A stretch of 64,000 bases of DNA from the NCBI GenBank assembly GCA_964016885.1, contig OZ024763.1, positions 3,410,001 to 3,474,000 of the forward strand, in the 5' to 3' direction. Position 1 is the first letter of the stretch. Each line of letters begins with the position of its first letter. Below the pieces are notes generated by a model. The model had not been told where the DNA came from. It saw only the letters and a list, made by a program, of their open reading frames with translations, and did not search any database. Shown here one piece after another: positions 44,067 through 59,185 of this stretch. The DNA is from Eledone cirrhosa. Taxonomy: Eukaryota. The position numbers were made by a program, and so were the translations under genes.

Positions 44067-44992
44067 TAGTAGGTGTATTGCCAATTGCTAGTAGGTGTAT
44101 TGCCAATTGCTAGTAGGTGTATTGCCAATTGCTAGTAGGTGTATTGCCAATTGCTAGTAGGTGTATTGCCAATTGCTAATAGGTGTATTGCCAATTGCTA
44201 GTAGGTGTATTGCCAATTGCTAATAGGTGTATTGCCAATTGCTAGTAGGTATATTACCAATTGCTAGCACATGTATTGCAATTGCTAGTAGGTGTATTGA
44301 CAATTGCTAGTAGATGTATTGCCAATTACTAGTAGGTGTATTGCCAATTGCTAGTAGGTGTATTGCCAATTGCTAGTAGGTTTATTGCCAATTGCTAGTA
44401 GGTGTATTGCCAATTGGTAGTAGGTGTATTGCCAATTGCTAGTAGGTGTATTGCCAATTGCTAGTAGGTGTATTGCCAATTGCTAGTAGGTGTATTGCCA
44501 ATTGCTAGTAGGTGTATTGCCAATTGCTAGTAGGTGTATTGCCAATTGCTAGTAGGTGTATTGCCAATTGCTAATAGGTGTATTGCCAATTGCTAGTAGG
44601 TATATTACCAATTGCTAGCACATGTATTGCCAATTACTAGTAGGTGTATTGCCAATTGCTAGTAGGTGTATTGCCAATTGCTAATAGGTGTATTGCCAAT
44701 TGCTAGTAGGTATATTACCAATTGCTAGCACATGTATTGCAATTGCTAGTAGGTGTATTGACAATTGCTAGTAGGTGTATTGACAATTGCTAGTAGGTGT
44801 ATTGCCAATTGCTAGTAGGTTTATTGCCAATTGCTAGTAGGTGTATTGCCAATTGCTAGTAGGTGTATTGTCAATTGCTAGTAGGTGTATTGCCAATTGC
44901 TAGTACACGTATTGCCAATTGCTAGTAGGTGTATTGCTAATTACTAGTAGGTGTATTGCCAATTGCTAGTACATGTATTGCCAATTGCTAGT
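44067..44992. repeat. 22-bp minisatellite TAGTAGGTGTATTGCCAATTGC
   Basis: About 42 units; a reverse-complement array of about 6 units lies at 46900-47032. Confidence 0.95.
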
Positions 44993-45129
44993 GGTGGTTT
45001 TTTTTTTATCAAATGCTTCTTTACCTTATTTAGCAATCTTGGTCTCTGTGTTTTCTGGGACTCTGAATTTTTCTCAAATATTCCTTCTCTGACAACCTCC
45101 AGTCCATTTTATTCCTTTCTCCTTTATTC

Positions 45130-45304
45130 CTATCACTTCTCCAGGCCAACACTCTCCTAGCCGCTGATTTCTATCTTTTCTCCAGGCCAACACTCTCCTA
45201 GCCGCTGATTTCTATCACTTCTCCAGGCCAACACTCTCCTAGTCGCTGATTTCTATCACTTCTCCAGGCCAACACTCTCCTAGTCGCTGATTTCTATCAC
45301 TTCT
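45130..45304. repeat. 41-bp tandem repeat
   Basis: CTATCACTTCTCCAGGCCAACACTCTCCTAGCCGCTGATTT, about 4 units. Confidence 0.9.
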
Positions 45305-45419
45305 GCGGGCCAAGATGGTGACCTAATTTGCCCCCCCCCCCCCACCACCACCACCACACAAAAAAATAAGAAAACTGTAGAACACACTCAGTTTTGTTTG
45401 GTTTCGTTTTTACTTCAGT

Positions 45420-45713
45420 AAAACTTTGCCTTTCATCCTTATAGGGTCGATAAAATAAAGTACCAGTAATGTACTGGGGTCGATTTAATCGACTCACCCA
45501 CCCCTAAATTACTGATCTTGTGCCTCTATTAGAAATCATTATTTGGCAGTATCGGTAGAGAGTCGGACACCATGCTTTGACGTCCCTTTATGATCTGAGT
45601 TCAAATCCCGCCGAGGTTCACTTTGCCTTTCATCCTTCCGGGGTCGATAAAATAAAGTACCAGTAATACACTGGAGTAGTTGCTGGCCTTGTGCCAAAAG
45701 TAGAAACAATTAT
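45420..45713 (+). mobile_element. Two adjacent family 1 SINE copies
   Basis: Partial copy 45420-45541; fuller copy 45544-45713 with TGGCAGTATCGG A-box-like and GAGTTCAAATCC B box. Confidence 0.85.
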
Positions 45714-46376
45714 TATATAACCTGTTGAAGTAACAACTGGGGTAGATTTGGTTGTGGTTTTGGCGGTGGTGGTTATGGTGGTGGTGGTAGTGTTGGTGTT
45801 GGTGGTTTTGGTGGGTGGGGTGGTGGAGGGCAATGATGATGATGGTAGTGGTGTTAGTGTTGGTGGCGGTGGTGTTATAGGTGTTTGCGGTGATGATGAT
45901 GAAGGTGGTGCTGGTGGTGATGGTGTTGTTGATGCTGGTGATGCTGATGATGATGGTGGTGGTGGTGAGAGATAAGAAGAACCAGGAACTATGACAAAAT
46001 GATGAATTGAAGCGGGTGGTGGTGGTGGTGGTGGTGGTGGTGGTGGTGGTGGTGGTGGTGGTGGTGGTGGTGGGGCAGGAGATTGTCAAGGGAGGAGGTG
46101 GGTGGGGGTGGGTTAAGGAGTAATAAGTTTAATTGTGACGTCATTTGACACTTAAGTTGTTGTTGTTGTTGTTGTTGTATATATTTATTTGTTCAAGCTG
46201 ACTTTTATCAGATCGTTTATATAACCAACCATGTTTGATGTCGTTGATAACATGACCCCCCCCCCCCCCCTGCATACCTTCTCCCCACCATCACCTCCAC
46301 CATCACCACCCACGGTGAAAATCTCCTCCTCCTCCTCCCCCTCCTACTACTACTACTACTATTACTACTGCTGCTG

Positions 46377-46411
<35 letters not shown>

Positions 46412-46418
46412 GCTGCTG

Positions 46419-46450
<32 letters not shown>

Positions 46451-47191
46451 GTTCTTGGTCCTCTTTCTTCTTTGGCAATTGTTGGATGTCTTAGTTTCTA
46501 TAGCTATTTATATATATATATACACACACACATATACATACATACAATATAAATGCATATATATATATATACACACACACACTCATATATATATATATAT
46601 ATATAAATATATATATACAATATATATATACATACAATATACATTCATACATATACATACATTCATATATATACATATCTATACCAGCGTTAAAGATCGA
46701 TCAAGTATATACAGGGGAGGTGAATTGGTGGGGAGGAGTGGGGGGGGGGGGATTTGGTCAATTTAGTTGTAGTGATTAGTTTAACACTTTGTGGTCTAAA
46801 ATGGTCAGAAAATAAGATTTGTGTCCAAGCAGGTCATATTTACAGCTTACAATAATTATAAAGTGATTATAGCAAAATAAACTTTGAAATCTATGTCTAA
46901 ATACACCTACTAGAAATTGGCAATACACCTACTAGCAATTGGCAATACACCTACTAGCAATTGGCAATACACCGACTAGCAATTGGCAATACACCTACTA
47001 GCAATTGGCAATACACCGACTAGCAATTGGCAGTGATATGAGGAGAAAAAGGTATGACATGACAAAAGAATTTTCTGTGAAGGTTAACATAATATATTAT
47101 AGTATTGTTATTAAATATCAAACAAGATATAAAACAAACTGACCCTCGTCTACACACACACACACACACACTCACACACACACACACACAT

Positions 47192-47248
<57 letters not shown>

Positions 47249-47406
47249 AATGTCCGTAATCTCCAGCAGACAACTGATGACGAGAAATATCCCCCGTTTG
47301 TTCTTTTCTCTTATTTCTAAATACACTTTATCCAGTTACCACACAGCCCCCGTTTCTTCTAAAAATTATATATATATATATATAATGCATATATATATAT
47401 ATATAA

Positions 47407-47488
<82 letters not shown>

Positions 47489-47941
47489 GAAATTGGAAAT
47501 AGCACGGAAAATATATTTAAGGGTCTGTTTTTCTTTTTTTTCCTTTCTTTGATTTGTCAAAGTGGCATTATTGAAAAAGTGAGAGGGACAATTCTTTTAA
47601 AAAAGGGTTTTATAATCTATATAAAGTATATAAAGTATATAAAATATATAAAGTATATAATGTATATAAAGTATAACCGGTTTCATTAGTAAAATCCATC
47701 TTATCAAATGTTGAGTATTACAATTGAAAAGAATTAATAAGAATTAAAAATTAAAAAATTAAAAATTAAAGATTTAAAATTGTGTTGAGGCAAGTTTTTC
47801 ATCTTCCTTGGAAGAAATGCTTCCACGGCCCCTATATATACCGTCATCTAAGTAATGTGTAAATATACATATATACGCATGTGTATCTATATATATATAT
47901 ATGGTATATATTTTATCTAATAATTCTAATGACATGATTTA

Positions 47942-47975
<34 letters not shown>

Positions 47976-48175
47976 GCATGTGTGTGTATATATATATATA
48001 TAGTAGTAATAATAAATTTGAAGACTAAAATCCAAAGAGCGTTCGATAGGGATAAACATATATCAAATATATAATAACCCTAAAGCAAATATTTATTAAA
48101 ATAACAGATTAAAGTTTAAGCAAAGAATCGCTGCTTTCACCAGCAATTCTTTGCTTAAACTTTAATCTGTTATTT

Positions 48176-48279
<104 letters not shown>

Positions 48280-48394
48280 TATATTTGTGGAGGCGCGTGA
48301 CTGAGTGGTTAGGGAACTGGATTCACAATCGCAAACCGGCGATGCGTTATGTCCTTGAGCAAGACACTTTATTTCACGTTGCTCCTTCTACCTG

Positions 48395-48659
48395 GAGTTG
48401 CGACCAATAGATAGTATTAGTAATTGGAAAGACGAATGGATTGGAAACATTGTTTCCTCGGTCCGATTTAACGAAAGTCGATCGACTGTCGATATGTATA
48501 TATACTGTATATGTATATATATATATACATACATATATATATATACATATACAGTATATATACATATCGACAGTCGATCGACTTTCGTCAAATCGGACCG
48601 AGGAAACAATTTTTCCATTCGTCTTTCCAATTGCGAATACTATCTATCGGTCGCAACTC
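48395..48659. mobile_element. MITE-like palindrome
   Basis: Inverted arms GAGTTGCGACC...GTCGATCGACTGTCG and complement around a TA-rich centre. Confidence 0.7.
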
Positions 48660-48893
48660 ATTTCTATAATACGAAGAGGGTGTTTGACTCAAACACGTTC
48701 CAGTATTCTAATCCTTATATATATATATATACATATATATATGTTGGTCAGTCAATGGCAACATTGAGGACGGAATAAATTAAATTAACCGATATAAAAG
48801 ACACAGAAGCGAAAAGCGAAAACCAACCAAACAGTGAGTGTGTTCTGTTATTAATTCTGGCAATATTACACAAATATGACCCTCGCCAAGTAT

Positions 48894-48963
<70 letters not shown>

Positions 48964-49194
48964 GCATTACTGGGTGACTTTTAGACTCTCCTGAGTTTCT
49001 ACACACATTAAATCTACACACAATAAATGGGTTTAATTTCCCATCCCGCAGGGTGTCAAAATGTCACCATCCCCACCAAGCTGGTTTGATGGGGGTGGCG
49101 GACCACGTGACAGGTTGTACTGGGTTACATGTTACCAGTAGCACTCGAGAGAGCGACCTCATATATACATACATATATACATATATATATATTA

Positions 49195-49231
<37 letters not shown>

Positions 49232-49235
<4 letters not shown>

Positions 49236-49308
49236 GGGTGTTCCCCCAAAATATATACAATATTTATTAGACTGTTGTTGAAGTGTGTATACATGTTTGG
49301 GACACCCA

Positions 49309-49311
<3 letters not shown>
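49232..49311. mobile_element. Tiny Tc1/mariner-like MITE
   Basis: CAGGGTGTTCCC..AAA vs TTTGGGACACCCAG termini. Confidence 0.5.
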
Positions 49312-49403
<92 letters not shown>

Positions 49404-49440
49404 GAAATACATATATACGTCTATTTTATCCTCTCCGTCA

Positions 49441-49475
<35 letters not shown>

Positions 49476-49693
49476 AAGTGCAGTGTGTTTCATTGATTGC
49501 ACGACTAGGAGGGAGAGCTTCCATAACTGATGCAATATGTCAGCAAGAATTGCGTCATTTATCTCCCCTCCCCGGGGGGTGGAGACACGGGGCTGAGAAG
49601 GAGCTAGACCCCCACTTTCGTCCCAAAATAATCTCAAGTTATTCCTCTTTACCAATTCAGTAATTCTTTCTAACGTTCGGTGTGAGGCTTACT

Positions 49694-49767
<74 letters not shown>

Positions 49768-49784
49768 TCTCTCTCTCTCTCTGT

Positions 49785-49836
<52 letters not shown>

Positions 49837-50019
49837 TTTTATATATATAAATTATATATGTAGATATAATTTATATATATATATATATACATACATATGT
49901 ATACACATATACATATATATATATGTATAAATATATATACATATATATATATAATTATATATACACTCACACGCATATATATACACACATGCACACACAC
50001 ATACAGTATATATATATAT

Positions 50020-50310
50020 CAGTGGCGAAGGGTAACCTGGAAAGCAGGGCATGCAGTCCAATCGCCATGCCGGAAAGTGGGGCTGTGCAGCCTTACCCCC
50101 CCCCCCCCATTCCCTCTAAATGACCCTCACGGTCATGGAGTCTTATCTAGTGTGTGTGTGTCTGTGTGTGTGTGTGTGTGTGTGTTATCTTTTTTTGTGT
50201 CTATACGTTTTAGTAAGCAGCCAAAATTCTGCTTGCTTCAACCGACGCAAAACTCAAGATTTTATAACGCATGCGCTGCATGCGTTGCATGCACGGACCC
50301 TTCGCCCCTG
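50020..50310. mobile_element. MITE with 14-bp TIRs in (TA)n
   Basis: CAGTGGCGAAGGGT ... ACCCTTCGCCCCTG (13/14 match). Confidence 0.7.
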
Positions 50311-50452
50311 ATATATATATATACCAGTGTAGATGTATGTCAACTCTACACGTGCCAAGGCCAATATAGGTTTATAAGATATGAAACAACTGTCTTATGT
50401 CGTGGGTGGCAGAATGATTAATGGATGGTCACCACAGGAGACAGCTGGGTAG

Positions 50453-50530
<78 letters not shown>

Positions 50531-50599
50531 TTATAAACATAGATATGCATATATATAAATACATATATGTTTGTGTATGTATATATATAAACATAGATA

Positions 50600-50667
<68 letters not shown>

Positions 50668-50680
50668 CATGTGTATATAT

Positions 50681-50797
<117 letters not shown>

Positions 50798-50830
50798 CAT
50801 GTATATATGTACATATATATATATACATAT

Positions 50831-51235
50831 ATATAAAGAAGAAATTAAAAGATGGTTAAAAAAGTTCCATATATTTTATTATGCGCATTTCGAAAACAAC
50901 ATCATCCTGGGACAAAAATTGTGTTCTCATCAGATAAAATAAGGTAACATGATATGAGGCCTAAAAACACTTGTGAACAAGAAAGTGTTCAGTCAACATA
51001 TGTTCACAAGTGTTTTTAGGCCTCATATCATGTTACCTTATTTTATCTGATGAGAACACAATTTTTGTCCCAGGATGATGTTGTTTTCGAAATGCGCATA
51101 ATAAAATATATGGAACTTTTTTAACCATCTTTTAATTTCTTCTTTATATATACTCCAGTTCTACCAACTGTTGAGTGCTACTTATCTGATATATGCCTGG
51201 TTTTATTGTTCTACAATATTACTCACCTCCTACAT
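50831..51235. mobile_element. Foldback with HHR in each arm (51039-51108 +; 50873-50942 minus) and tail
   Basis: Perfect arms ~50831-50979 and 51001-51150. TATTTTAT-CTGATGA-GAAC..TTTC-GAAAT-GCGC-ATA-ATAAAATA. Confidence 0.88.
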
Positions 51236-51327
51236 TATATACATATATATATATACACACACATATACATATATATATATATATATGTATATATACACAT
51301 ATACATATATATATATACACACACACA

Positions 51328-51434
<107 letters not shown>

Positions 51435-51995
51435 ATGTATCTGTGTGTGGGTCTGTATAAGTATGTATTACCAAGTACACAACACCTGAAACTGGAACCG
51501 ACTGAATATCCAATTTTGTTGAATGACTGTCGACGAGCTACGTAACTGGATAAGCAGAAATATTCATAAACATATCGAAATATGATTAGTTAACAAGATA
51601 TGATCGGTTGCCAAAACGTAAGACATATTTCGAGCAGGTTTACTCTTAAACCTTTCATAGTTAACCACTTAATCTTCAATTATACAAAACCGTTTATTTT
51701 AAATTGTTTATATTTATCTAAAAACCTTTCATTGTAAATATACTACATATTAAAATATTAGACAAATTAAGTTCCAAACACCAGCTTAATGATGAGAAAC
51801 TTAGTTGCAATTTATACTCGAATAGAAGCCGAGGAATATGTGACCAAACCATGGATGGTAAAATGGCTTATATACGCCATTTAAACTATGTATTAATTAA
51901 CTGTCTGGGCTTATAAACGGGGTTTGGATTTTGGTCCATTTCTCAGGCATAGAATAGGGTCGACTTATATTCGGATTTACTTATATACGAGTATA

Positions 51996-52354
51996 TCTAT
52001 ATACTACTAAAACTCTCTGATTGTCTTCTTGTCTGTAATTTAATACAGCTAAAACGGCGCATAATGGGAAAATTCTTTGAAAGGAAGTTACTCCTGAAAT
52101 GAGAATACAAATGGAATAAAACAAGTTTCGCGTAAATCGGAGCACGGGTTCCCGAGATACGGGGTTTATCCGGGTACCTTCATAAATAGAGAGAGAGAAA
52201 GAGGTAGTGGTTGTGAGAGAGTAGATTCAAAATTTCATTTCACATTATATACATGTCTGTATATATTTTAATTATTTAAAAATTCTTTTTTAAGTGTACA
52301 TGATTTTTAAAAAAATTTAAGCGAACGTGACCCAACGGGTCACAGGTGTCCTAG
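51996..52354 (+). mobile_element. Non-autonomous Helitron
   Basis: A|TCTATATACTACTAAAA start, GTGACCC-AAC-GGGTCAC hairpin at 52327-52343, CTAG|T end. Confidence 0.85.
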
Positions 52355-53094
52355 TATATACATAGTAGCCAGACCACGGATGGTTTACTATATATATATT
52401 AGCGAAGTGACTTCAATTTCCTGTTTATTTACAAAATAGTTTGCAAGTTTGCAATTTGTTATTCATTGGGAATATCTTATTAACGAAAAGTTTTTAAATA
52501 GTTCGTATCGAACAAATTCAGTTTGTCCTTCATGTTTAAAGATGTGGAGGCGGAAGAGGAGGCGGTGACAGAGTGCCTACTTCTGTTAGGATGAGGTGGT
52601 TGTGTTGGAGGGTGGCGATGATAGAGATCCTACCTCTGTTAAGATGAGGTGGAGGAGGTGATGGAGATGATAGAATTCCTACCGCTATTTTGTCCTTCAT
52701 CTTGAAAGATGGGGTGGTGGAGATGGTAGTGGAGGAGGCGGTGGTGGAGGAGGCTGTGGTAGAGATTCTATCTTCACTGTTTTGTTTCTGCTACAGTAAT
52801 ATCTGACTCACACTGAAATCGATCTTTCCAGGAAAGAATACAACCTGTTGTTGTTGTTGTTGATGGTGGTGGTGGTGGTGGTGTTGCTGTTGTTAGTAGA
52901 GATGGTGTTAGTGGTGGTGGTGGTGGTGTTGTTGGTGGTGGTGGCGTTGCTGTTGTTCCTGGTTTTATTGTTGTTGTTGGTGTTGTTGTTAATGGTGGTG
53001 ATGTTTGCTGCTGTTTTGGGCGGCGTTGTTGGTGGTAGTAGTGGTGGTGGTTGTGGTTATAGTAGTAGTAATGTTTGTAAGATAGTTGTGTTGA

Positions 53095-53440
53095 TGTTGT
53101 AGTGGTGGTTATAGTAGTAGTAGTTGTGGTAATAGTGGTGGTGGCTGTGTTGATGTTGTAGTGGTAGTGGTTATAGTAGTAGTAATAGTGGTAATAGTGG
53201 TGGTGGTTGTGTTGATGTTGTGGTAGTGGTTATAGTAGTAGTAATAGTGGTAATAGTGGTGGTGGTTGTGTTGATGTTGTGGTAGTGGTTATAGTAGTAG
53301 TAATAGTGGTAATAGTGGTGGTGGTTGTGTTGATGTTGTAGTGGTGGTTATAGTGGTAGTAATAGTAGTAATAGTGGTGGTGGTTGTGTTGATGTTGTAG
53401 TGGTGGTTATAGTGGTAGTAATAGTAGTAATAGTGGTGGT
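53095..53440. repeat. Higher-order ~57-60 bp repeat built from GGT/AGT/GTT triplets
   Basis: Recurring GGTTATAGTAGTAGTAATAGTGGTAATAGTGGTGGTGGTTGTGTTGATGTTGT. Confidence 0.8.
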
Positions 53441-53545
53441 GGTGGTGATGGTAAGGAAACAGCAGCTAGAACAAGTTTAGTACCAAAACAGCCGGAATTA
53501 TAATTATTCAGCAATACTTACGGAGCAAATGGGAGAAATAAACAA

Positions 53546-53620
<75 letters not shown>

Positions 53621-54024
53621 GAAAAAATAGAACAAAAAGAATATAAAACAATATGAAACAATAAGTAAAATGAAGAAAAGAGAAGAAGAGAGAAAGAAAC
53701 AAAGAAAGGAAGTAAGGAAGAAAGGGAGGAAGGAAGGGATGAAAGGATGAAGGCAGGGAGACCAACAGCGATTCCAGCAATTTACCAAAAAGTATTGTTT
53801 ATATTTGTTGGAATGGAACCAAAGAGTTGAGTTGTTGGAACCAAAACACTGAAGAAATCTGTAGAGGATGAGTTCTGTTTTTATTTTAGAAATGGTTCTC
53901 AAATGATTCTGGTGATGGTGGTGGTGATATGGTGTGGTGGCGGCGGAGATGATGGGTATTTAACAAAGGTAATCTACTGAATACAGATTCTACAGATATA
54001 CATTTAGATTTCGTCTGGCCCTGC

Positions 54025-54096
<72 letters not shown>

Positions 54097-54103
54097 TAAA
54101 ATA

Positions 54104-54147
<44 letters not shown>

Positions 54148-54264
54148 GGTGTGGGATGCTTAAAGCGTCCGTAAGCGGTAGGCCGTTTGAGCACTCGTTG
54201 CTCTTACAGAGTATAATATTACTTAAGAAACAGAGAATCAGTGGTGCTACGAATAAGATTTATT

Positions 54265-54361
54265 AGACATATTACAATCGTTTCTCTGGCGACCAGCTCG
54301 AGGCACGATAGATGCAATGATCAAACCTGACTCTGAAATCGCAAGATCCTCGGATATGTCT
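54265..54361 (-). ncRNA. HHR motif (C at core position 4) with conserved loop II insert
   Basis: Minus strand AGACATAT-CCGAGGA-TCTTGCGA...TCGCCAGA-GAAAC-GATT-GTA-ATATGTCT: 8-bp stem I. Adjacent hairpin at 54354-54423. Confidence 0.75.
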
Positions 54362-54900
54362 CGATTCTACGAAGCAGAGTTTCCAAAATTTTGCAAACTC
54401 TGCTTAGTAGAATCGAGACATATATATGTATGTATATATATAGTAATAATAAATGTGAAGACTAAAATCCAAAGAGGGTTCGATAAGGATTATATATATA
54501 TCAAATATCAAGCGTTAACCTAATATATACCTTCCATATATACTGTACCGATTGTGTTGTTATTTCTGTTTACCTTTTACATATATATATATTTATATAT
54601 ATATATATGTAAAAGGTATATGCTTTTGCCTTTGCACACGGTACCATGACAAAACTGCTTTATCATCCATTTGCTCTCATTCTGAGGCAGTTTGGAATGG
54701 CGCCAGTTTGTAATTTTTAACTCGAGAATTTTATATTCTCCGAGAGAGAAATGCGTTCCGACGATAATCTCCTTCTCAATGGAAATCCGCCTAGATTATC
54801 TATTCGTTTGGGATTTGAAAGAAACCGCGGTAAGGGCACATATAGTAAGCACAGTGAATTTTTGAATTTTTTAAATTTTTTCGGTATTTACATTCCCTTG

Positions 54901-54942
<42 letters not shown>

Positions 54943-55178
54943 CACGAGGCAGTTACCACGAGAGCTTAATAACAATTGGATAAATGACAATAATAAAGCT
55001 AAGATAGCGTCTATGTGAAATGTGAGCGGGGAAATAACGTGAAATATATGATATACAATAGAAAATATAGAATGTTTCTATTACCTTAAATTCGGGAGAA
55101 TCCTTGGTAAGTTTCACATGTAACATAAATAGAATTGATGGTTTTTGTATTGATGGGCCTGTTATACATATATATATA

Positions 55179-55273
<95 letters not shown>

Positions 55274-55334
55274 GTGTGTGTGTGCGTGTATATATATATA
55301 TATATATGAATATGTATGTATGTAGATGTATATA

Positions 55335-55523
<189 letters not shown>

Positions 55524-55824
55524 ATATATATGATGATATCTTATTTATGCGACTTATATTTTGTTGGCGTTTTTTTCTCTCTTTCGTCTGGTTTTGCAAA
55601 TCCTATTGTCACCAGACGGGATTAATTCTGATGCAGTTAGTTACATATCCAAGTCCCTCGGTAATTACAGGTATAAATAAATGTAAAGTCACTTTCGAAC
55701 GGATGTCGCTACAGAAATTTCTTCAGTTGAACAAATGTGTTTCTTTTTTCTTTTTTGCATAATTCTTAAACTTGTTTTTACCATCTGCTAGACAACTGGT
55801 CTCCATCTCTTTCTCCTCTTTGTT

Positions 55825-56280
55825 CTGCTCCAGATCATTACATCTGTTCCGTTGATCCATCTCAGTCACTCTTTGCACCCCTGTCCCAGATCATTACACC
55901 TGTTCCATTGTATCATCTCAGTCACATCTCTGCTCTGCTCCAGATCACTATATCTGTTCTCTTGTTTCAACTCTTTTCCCCTATACCACTCTCTCCCAGA
56001 TCATTACATCTGTTCTGTTGTATCATTTCAATCACTCTTTGCTGCTCTGCTCCAGATCATTACATCTGTTCTATTGTATCATCTCAGCCACTTCTCTTCG
56101 CTCTGTTCCAGATCATTACGTCTGTTCTGTTGTTGGATCTCAGTTACTCCTCTTTGCTCTCTGCCAGATCACTATATCTCAGTCGCCCCTTTGTCCTCTC
56201 ACAGACCATTACATCTGTTCCGTTGTCTTATCTCCATTCTTCCTCTACTCTGTCTAAGATCACTATGTCTGTTCCGATAT
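55825..56280. repeat. Degenerate ~55-bp tandem repeat
   Basis: Recurring CCAGATCATTACATCTGTTC..TTG.ATC.TCTCAGTCAC, about 8 units. Confidence 0.8.
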
Positions 56281-56554
56281 TCCTACATTTTCCAGTCGTT
56301 CCAATCAGTATTCCATCGAAATATCCACGAGTAACTTCTCTGTACACCCCTCCACCTTTCTTCAGGTCTCTCCTTTCTCTAGATTCAATAGTACAATATT
56401 TCGGCCATTATGACACTCTTCATTGGTAGATATGACAGCCATGATGACAGCTGTGTATGATGTGGGGACATCTATGGGCCTAATTTCACAGTTTACATCT
56501 GTTGTCTTGTTGTCACATGCAGGCGTTTTACCTGCATTTCTGTCTCTTTTGTGA

Positions 56555-56700
56555 GTAGACCAGGTATGTCGTCGTTATTGGTTGTATCTGTGTAGACTAG
56601 GTATGTCGTCGTTATTGGTTGTACCTGTGTAGATCAGGTATTTCGTTGTTATTGTTTGTACCTGAGTAGACCGGGTACTTCGTCGTTGTTGGTTGTACCG
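56555..56700. repeat. ~35-bp tandem repeat
   Basis: GTAGACCAGGTATGTCGTCGTTATTGGTTGTA, 4 units. Confidence 0.75.
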
Positions 56701-56855
56701 GGATTACTAAACCATATTGTCTTGGTTGATGGTTCAAAGTAGATTCCTAACCCTAGCCCCAACCCTCGCCCTATGTGGTGCCAGGGAGTGGGTCCGGTGT
56801 GAATAGACAAATGTAAAACCCTGCAATAAACTGGTTTACCACAATGATGTGATAC

Positions 56856-57110
56856 GGTGTGGTGTAGTGTGGTGTAGTGTGGTGTAGTGTGGTGTGGTAT
56901 GGTATAGTGTGGTGTGGTGTAGTGTGGTGTAGTGTAGTATAGTGTGGTGTGGTGTAGTGTTGTCGTATGGTGTAGTGTGGTGTGGTATGGTATAGTGTGG
57001 TGTGGTGTGGTGTAGTGTGGTGTAGTGTAGTATAGTGTAGTGTAGTGTAGTGTAGTGTAGTGTAGTGTAGTGTAGTGTAGTGTAGTATGGTGTAGTGTTG
57101 TCGTATGGTG
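56856..57110. repeat. Pentanucleotide microsatellite (GTGTA/GTGTG)n
   Basis: Directly visible. Confidence 0.9.
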
Positions 57111-57197
57111 TAATTTATTCTATAATACTGTAGTGTAAAGTAGTATAATCTGTTCTGCTGTACTGTGTAACATCTCATATATATATACAAGTTGTCT

Positions 57198-57231
<34 letters not shown>

Positions 57232-57246
57232 GTGCTATATATATAT

Positions 57247-57333
<87 letters not shown>

Positions 57334-57395
57334 CATATATATATGTATATACATATATATATACATGCGGTCTCTCTCTCTCTATATATACATAC

Positions 57396-57473
<78 letters not shown>

Positions 57474-57518
57474 ATATACATATATATATATGTATATACA
57501 TATATATATATACATGCG

Positions 57519-57549
<31 letters not shown>

Positions 57550-57777
57550 AGATGGCAGTCTTTCTCTAGGTGATGCCATGATGCAATCATTTGACATCTT
57601 TTCATCATTTGTGTTTCATTACATCCCCTCCTCTTCTCTTCCCTCTCTATCTTCTCTTGTCCCTTTCTCTCTCCTCCTCCTCTCTCATTCCCTCTCTTGT
57701 CGCTCTTACTCTCTCCCTTCTTCCCTCACACCCCAACTCTTGCAGCCCCCCCCCCCCCCACGTATATATATATATAT

Positions 57778-57816
<39 letters not shown>

Positions 57817-57881
57817 CACTATTTATATTTACTTTCGTCCAAATATTATGATTCCTGTCTCGATAATTGCGTCATCAACTC

Positions 57882-57914
<33 letters not shown>

Positions 57915-58349
57915 ACCTCATTCTATCCCCCACCCCCTCTCTCTCTCCTCCCCTCCCTCCCTCCCTGTCTCTCGTCGTCATCAACTCCTCCCACTTTTCT
58001 CGTCAGCTCTTTAAATCAGGTTAATTCACTAATTATATCTTTTCACCGACCCACTCACCTGTAAATACGATTGCATCACAGTTGTACCAGCAGATGGCTG
58101 CACATCTGTGTGGTGTGTTATTGCATCACTGTCGTACCAGCAGATGGCTGCACACCTGTACAGCATGTTATTGCATCACAGTTGCACCAGTAATACCGTG
58201 TGGTTTAGTGGTAAGGCTGCTGGAGTCACGATTATAAATCTGGTTGGTTCAATTCCAGCACTAGGTGACCCTAGTATGACTTTCAGCAAGACGGTTCATT
58301 TCCCGTCGCTTTTTATGATAAGCCCTATATGGGGCAAGCTCGTACAGGG

Positions 58350-59185
58350 TCAGCTAAACCTACAAAGGTGTGAGCTGTTACAACCTCATTAGAGGCCAGG
58401 TAAAACTAAATAGGAGCTGTAACCACCTCATTAGTGGCCAGGTAAACCTACACAGGTGTGAGCTGTAACCACCTCATGAGAGACCAGATAAACCTACATA
58501 GGTATGAGTTGTTACAACCTCATTAGAGACCAGGTAAACCTACATAGGTGTGAGCTGTAAGAACCTCATTGGAGGCCTAACTAAACCTAAATAATAGCTG
58601 TTACAACCTACATAGATGTCAGGTGTAAGAACCTCATTAGAGACCAGGTAAACCAGATAAAACTACATAGGTGTGAGGTGTAACCACCTCATTAAATGCC
58701 AGATAAACCTACATAGGTGAGAAGTGTTACAACCTCATTAGAGGCCAGGTAAAACCACATAGGTGTCAGATGTAAGAACCTCATTGGAGGCCAAGTTAAA
58801 CCTAAATAGGAGCTGTTACAACTTGATTAGAGGCGAGCTAAAATTAGATAGGTGTGAGCTGTAACCACCTCATTAGAAACCAGATAAACCTACATAGGTG
58901 TGAGCTGTTACAACCTCATTAAAGGCCAGATAAACCTACATAGGTGTCAGTTGTAACCACCTCATTAGAGACCAGATAAACCTACATAGGTGTGAGCTGT
59001 TACAACCTCATTAAAGGCCAGATAAACCTACATAGGTGTCAGTTGTAACCACCTCATTAGAGACTAGGTAAACCAGATAAACCTACGTAGGTGTCAGATG
59101 TAACCACCTCATTAGATGCCAGGTGTGAACCTACATATGAAATTGACAGCTCACACCTTTCTAGTCTTACCTGGCCTCTAATGAG
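58350..59185. repeat. ~45-bp minisatellite ending in one inverted unit
   Basis: TAAACCTACATAGGTGTGAGCTGTTACAACCTCATTAGAGGCCAG, about 17 units. Inverted unit at ~59146-59184; lone inverted piece at 16691-16720. Confidence 0.88.

Noticed and set aside
47272-47300. CTGATGA-CGA-GAAA
   Set aside because: No room for stem II and no stem I.
52780-53900. Possible minus-strand host exons (also near 23560-23640)
   Set aside because: Splice-like words are present but the peptides are short and unrecognisable; this needs RNA-seq support.
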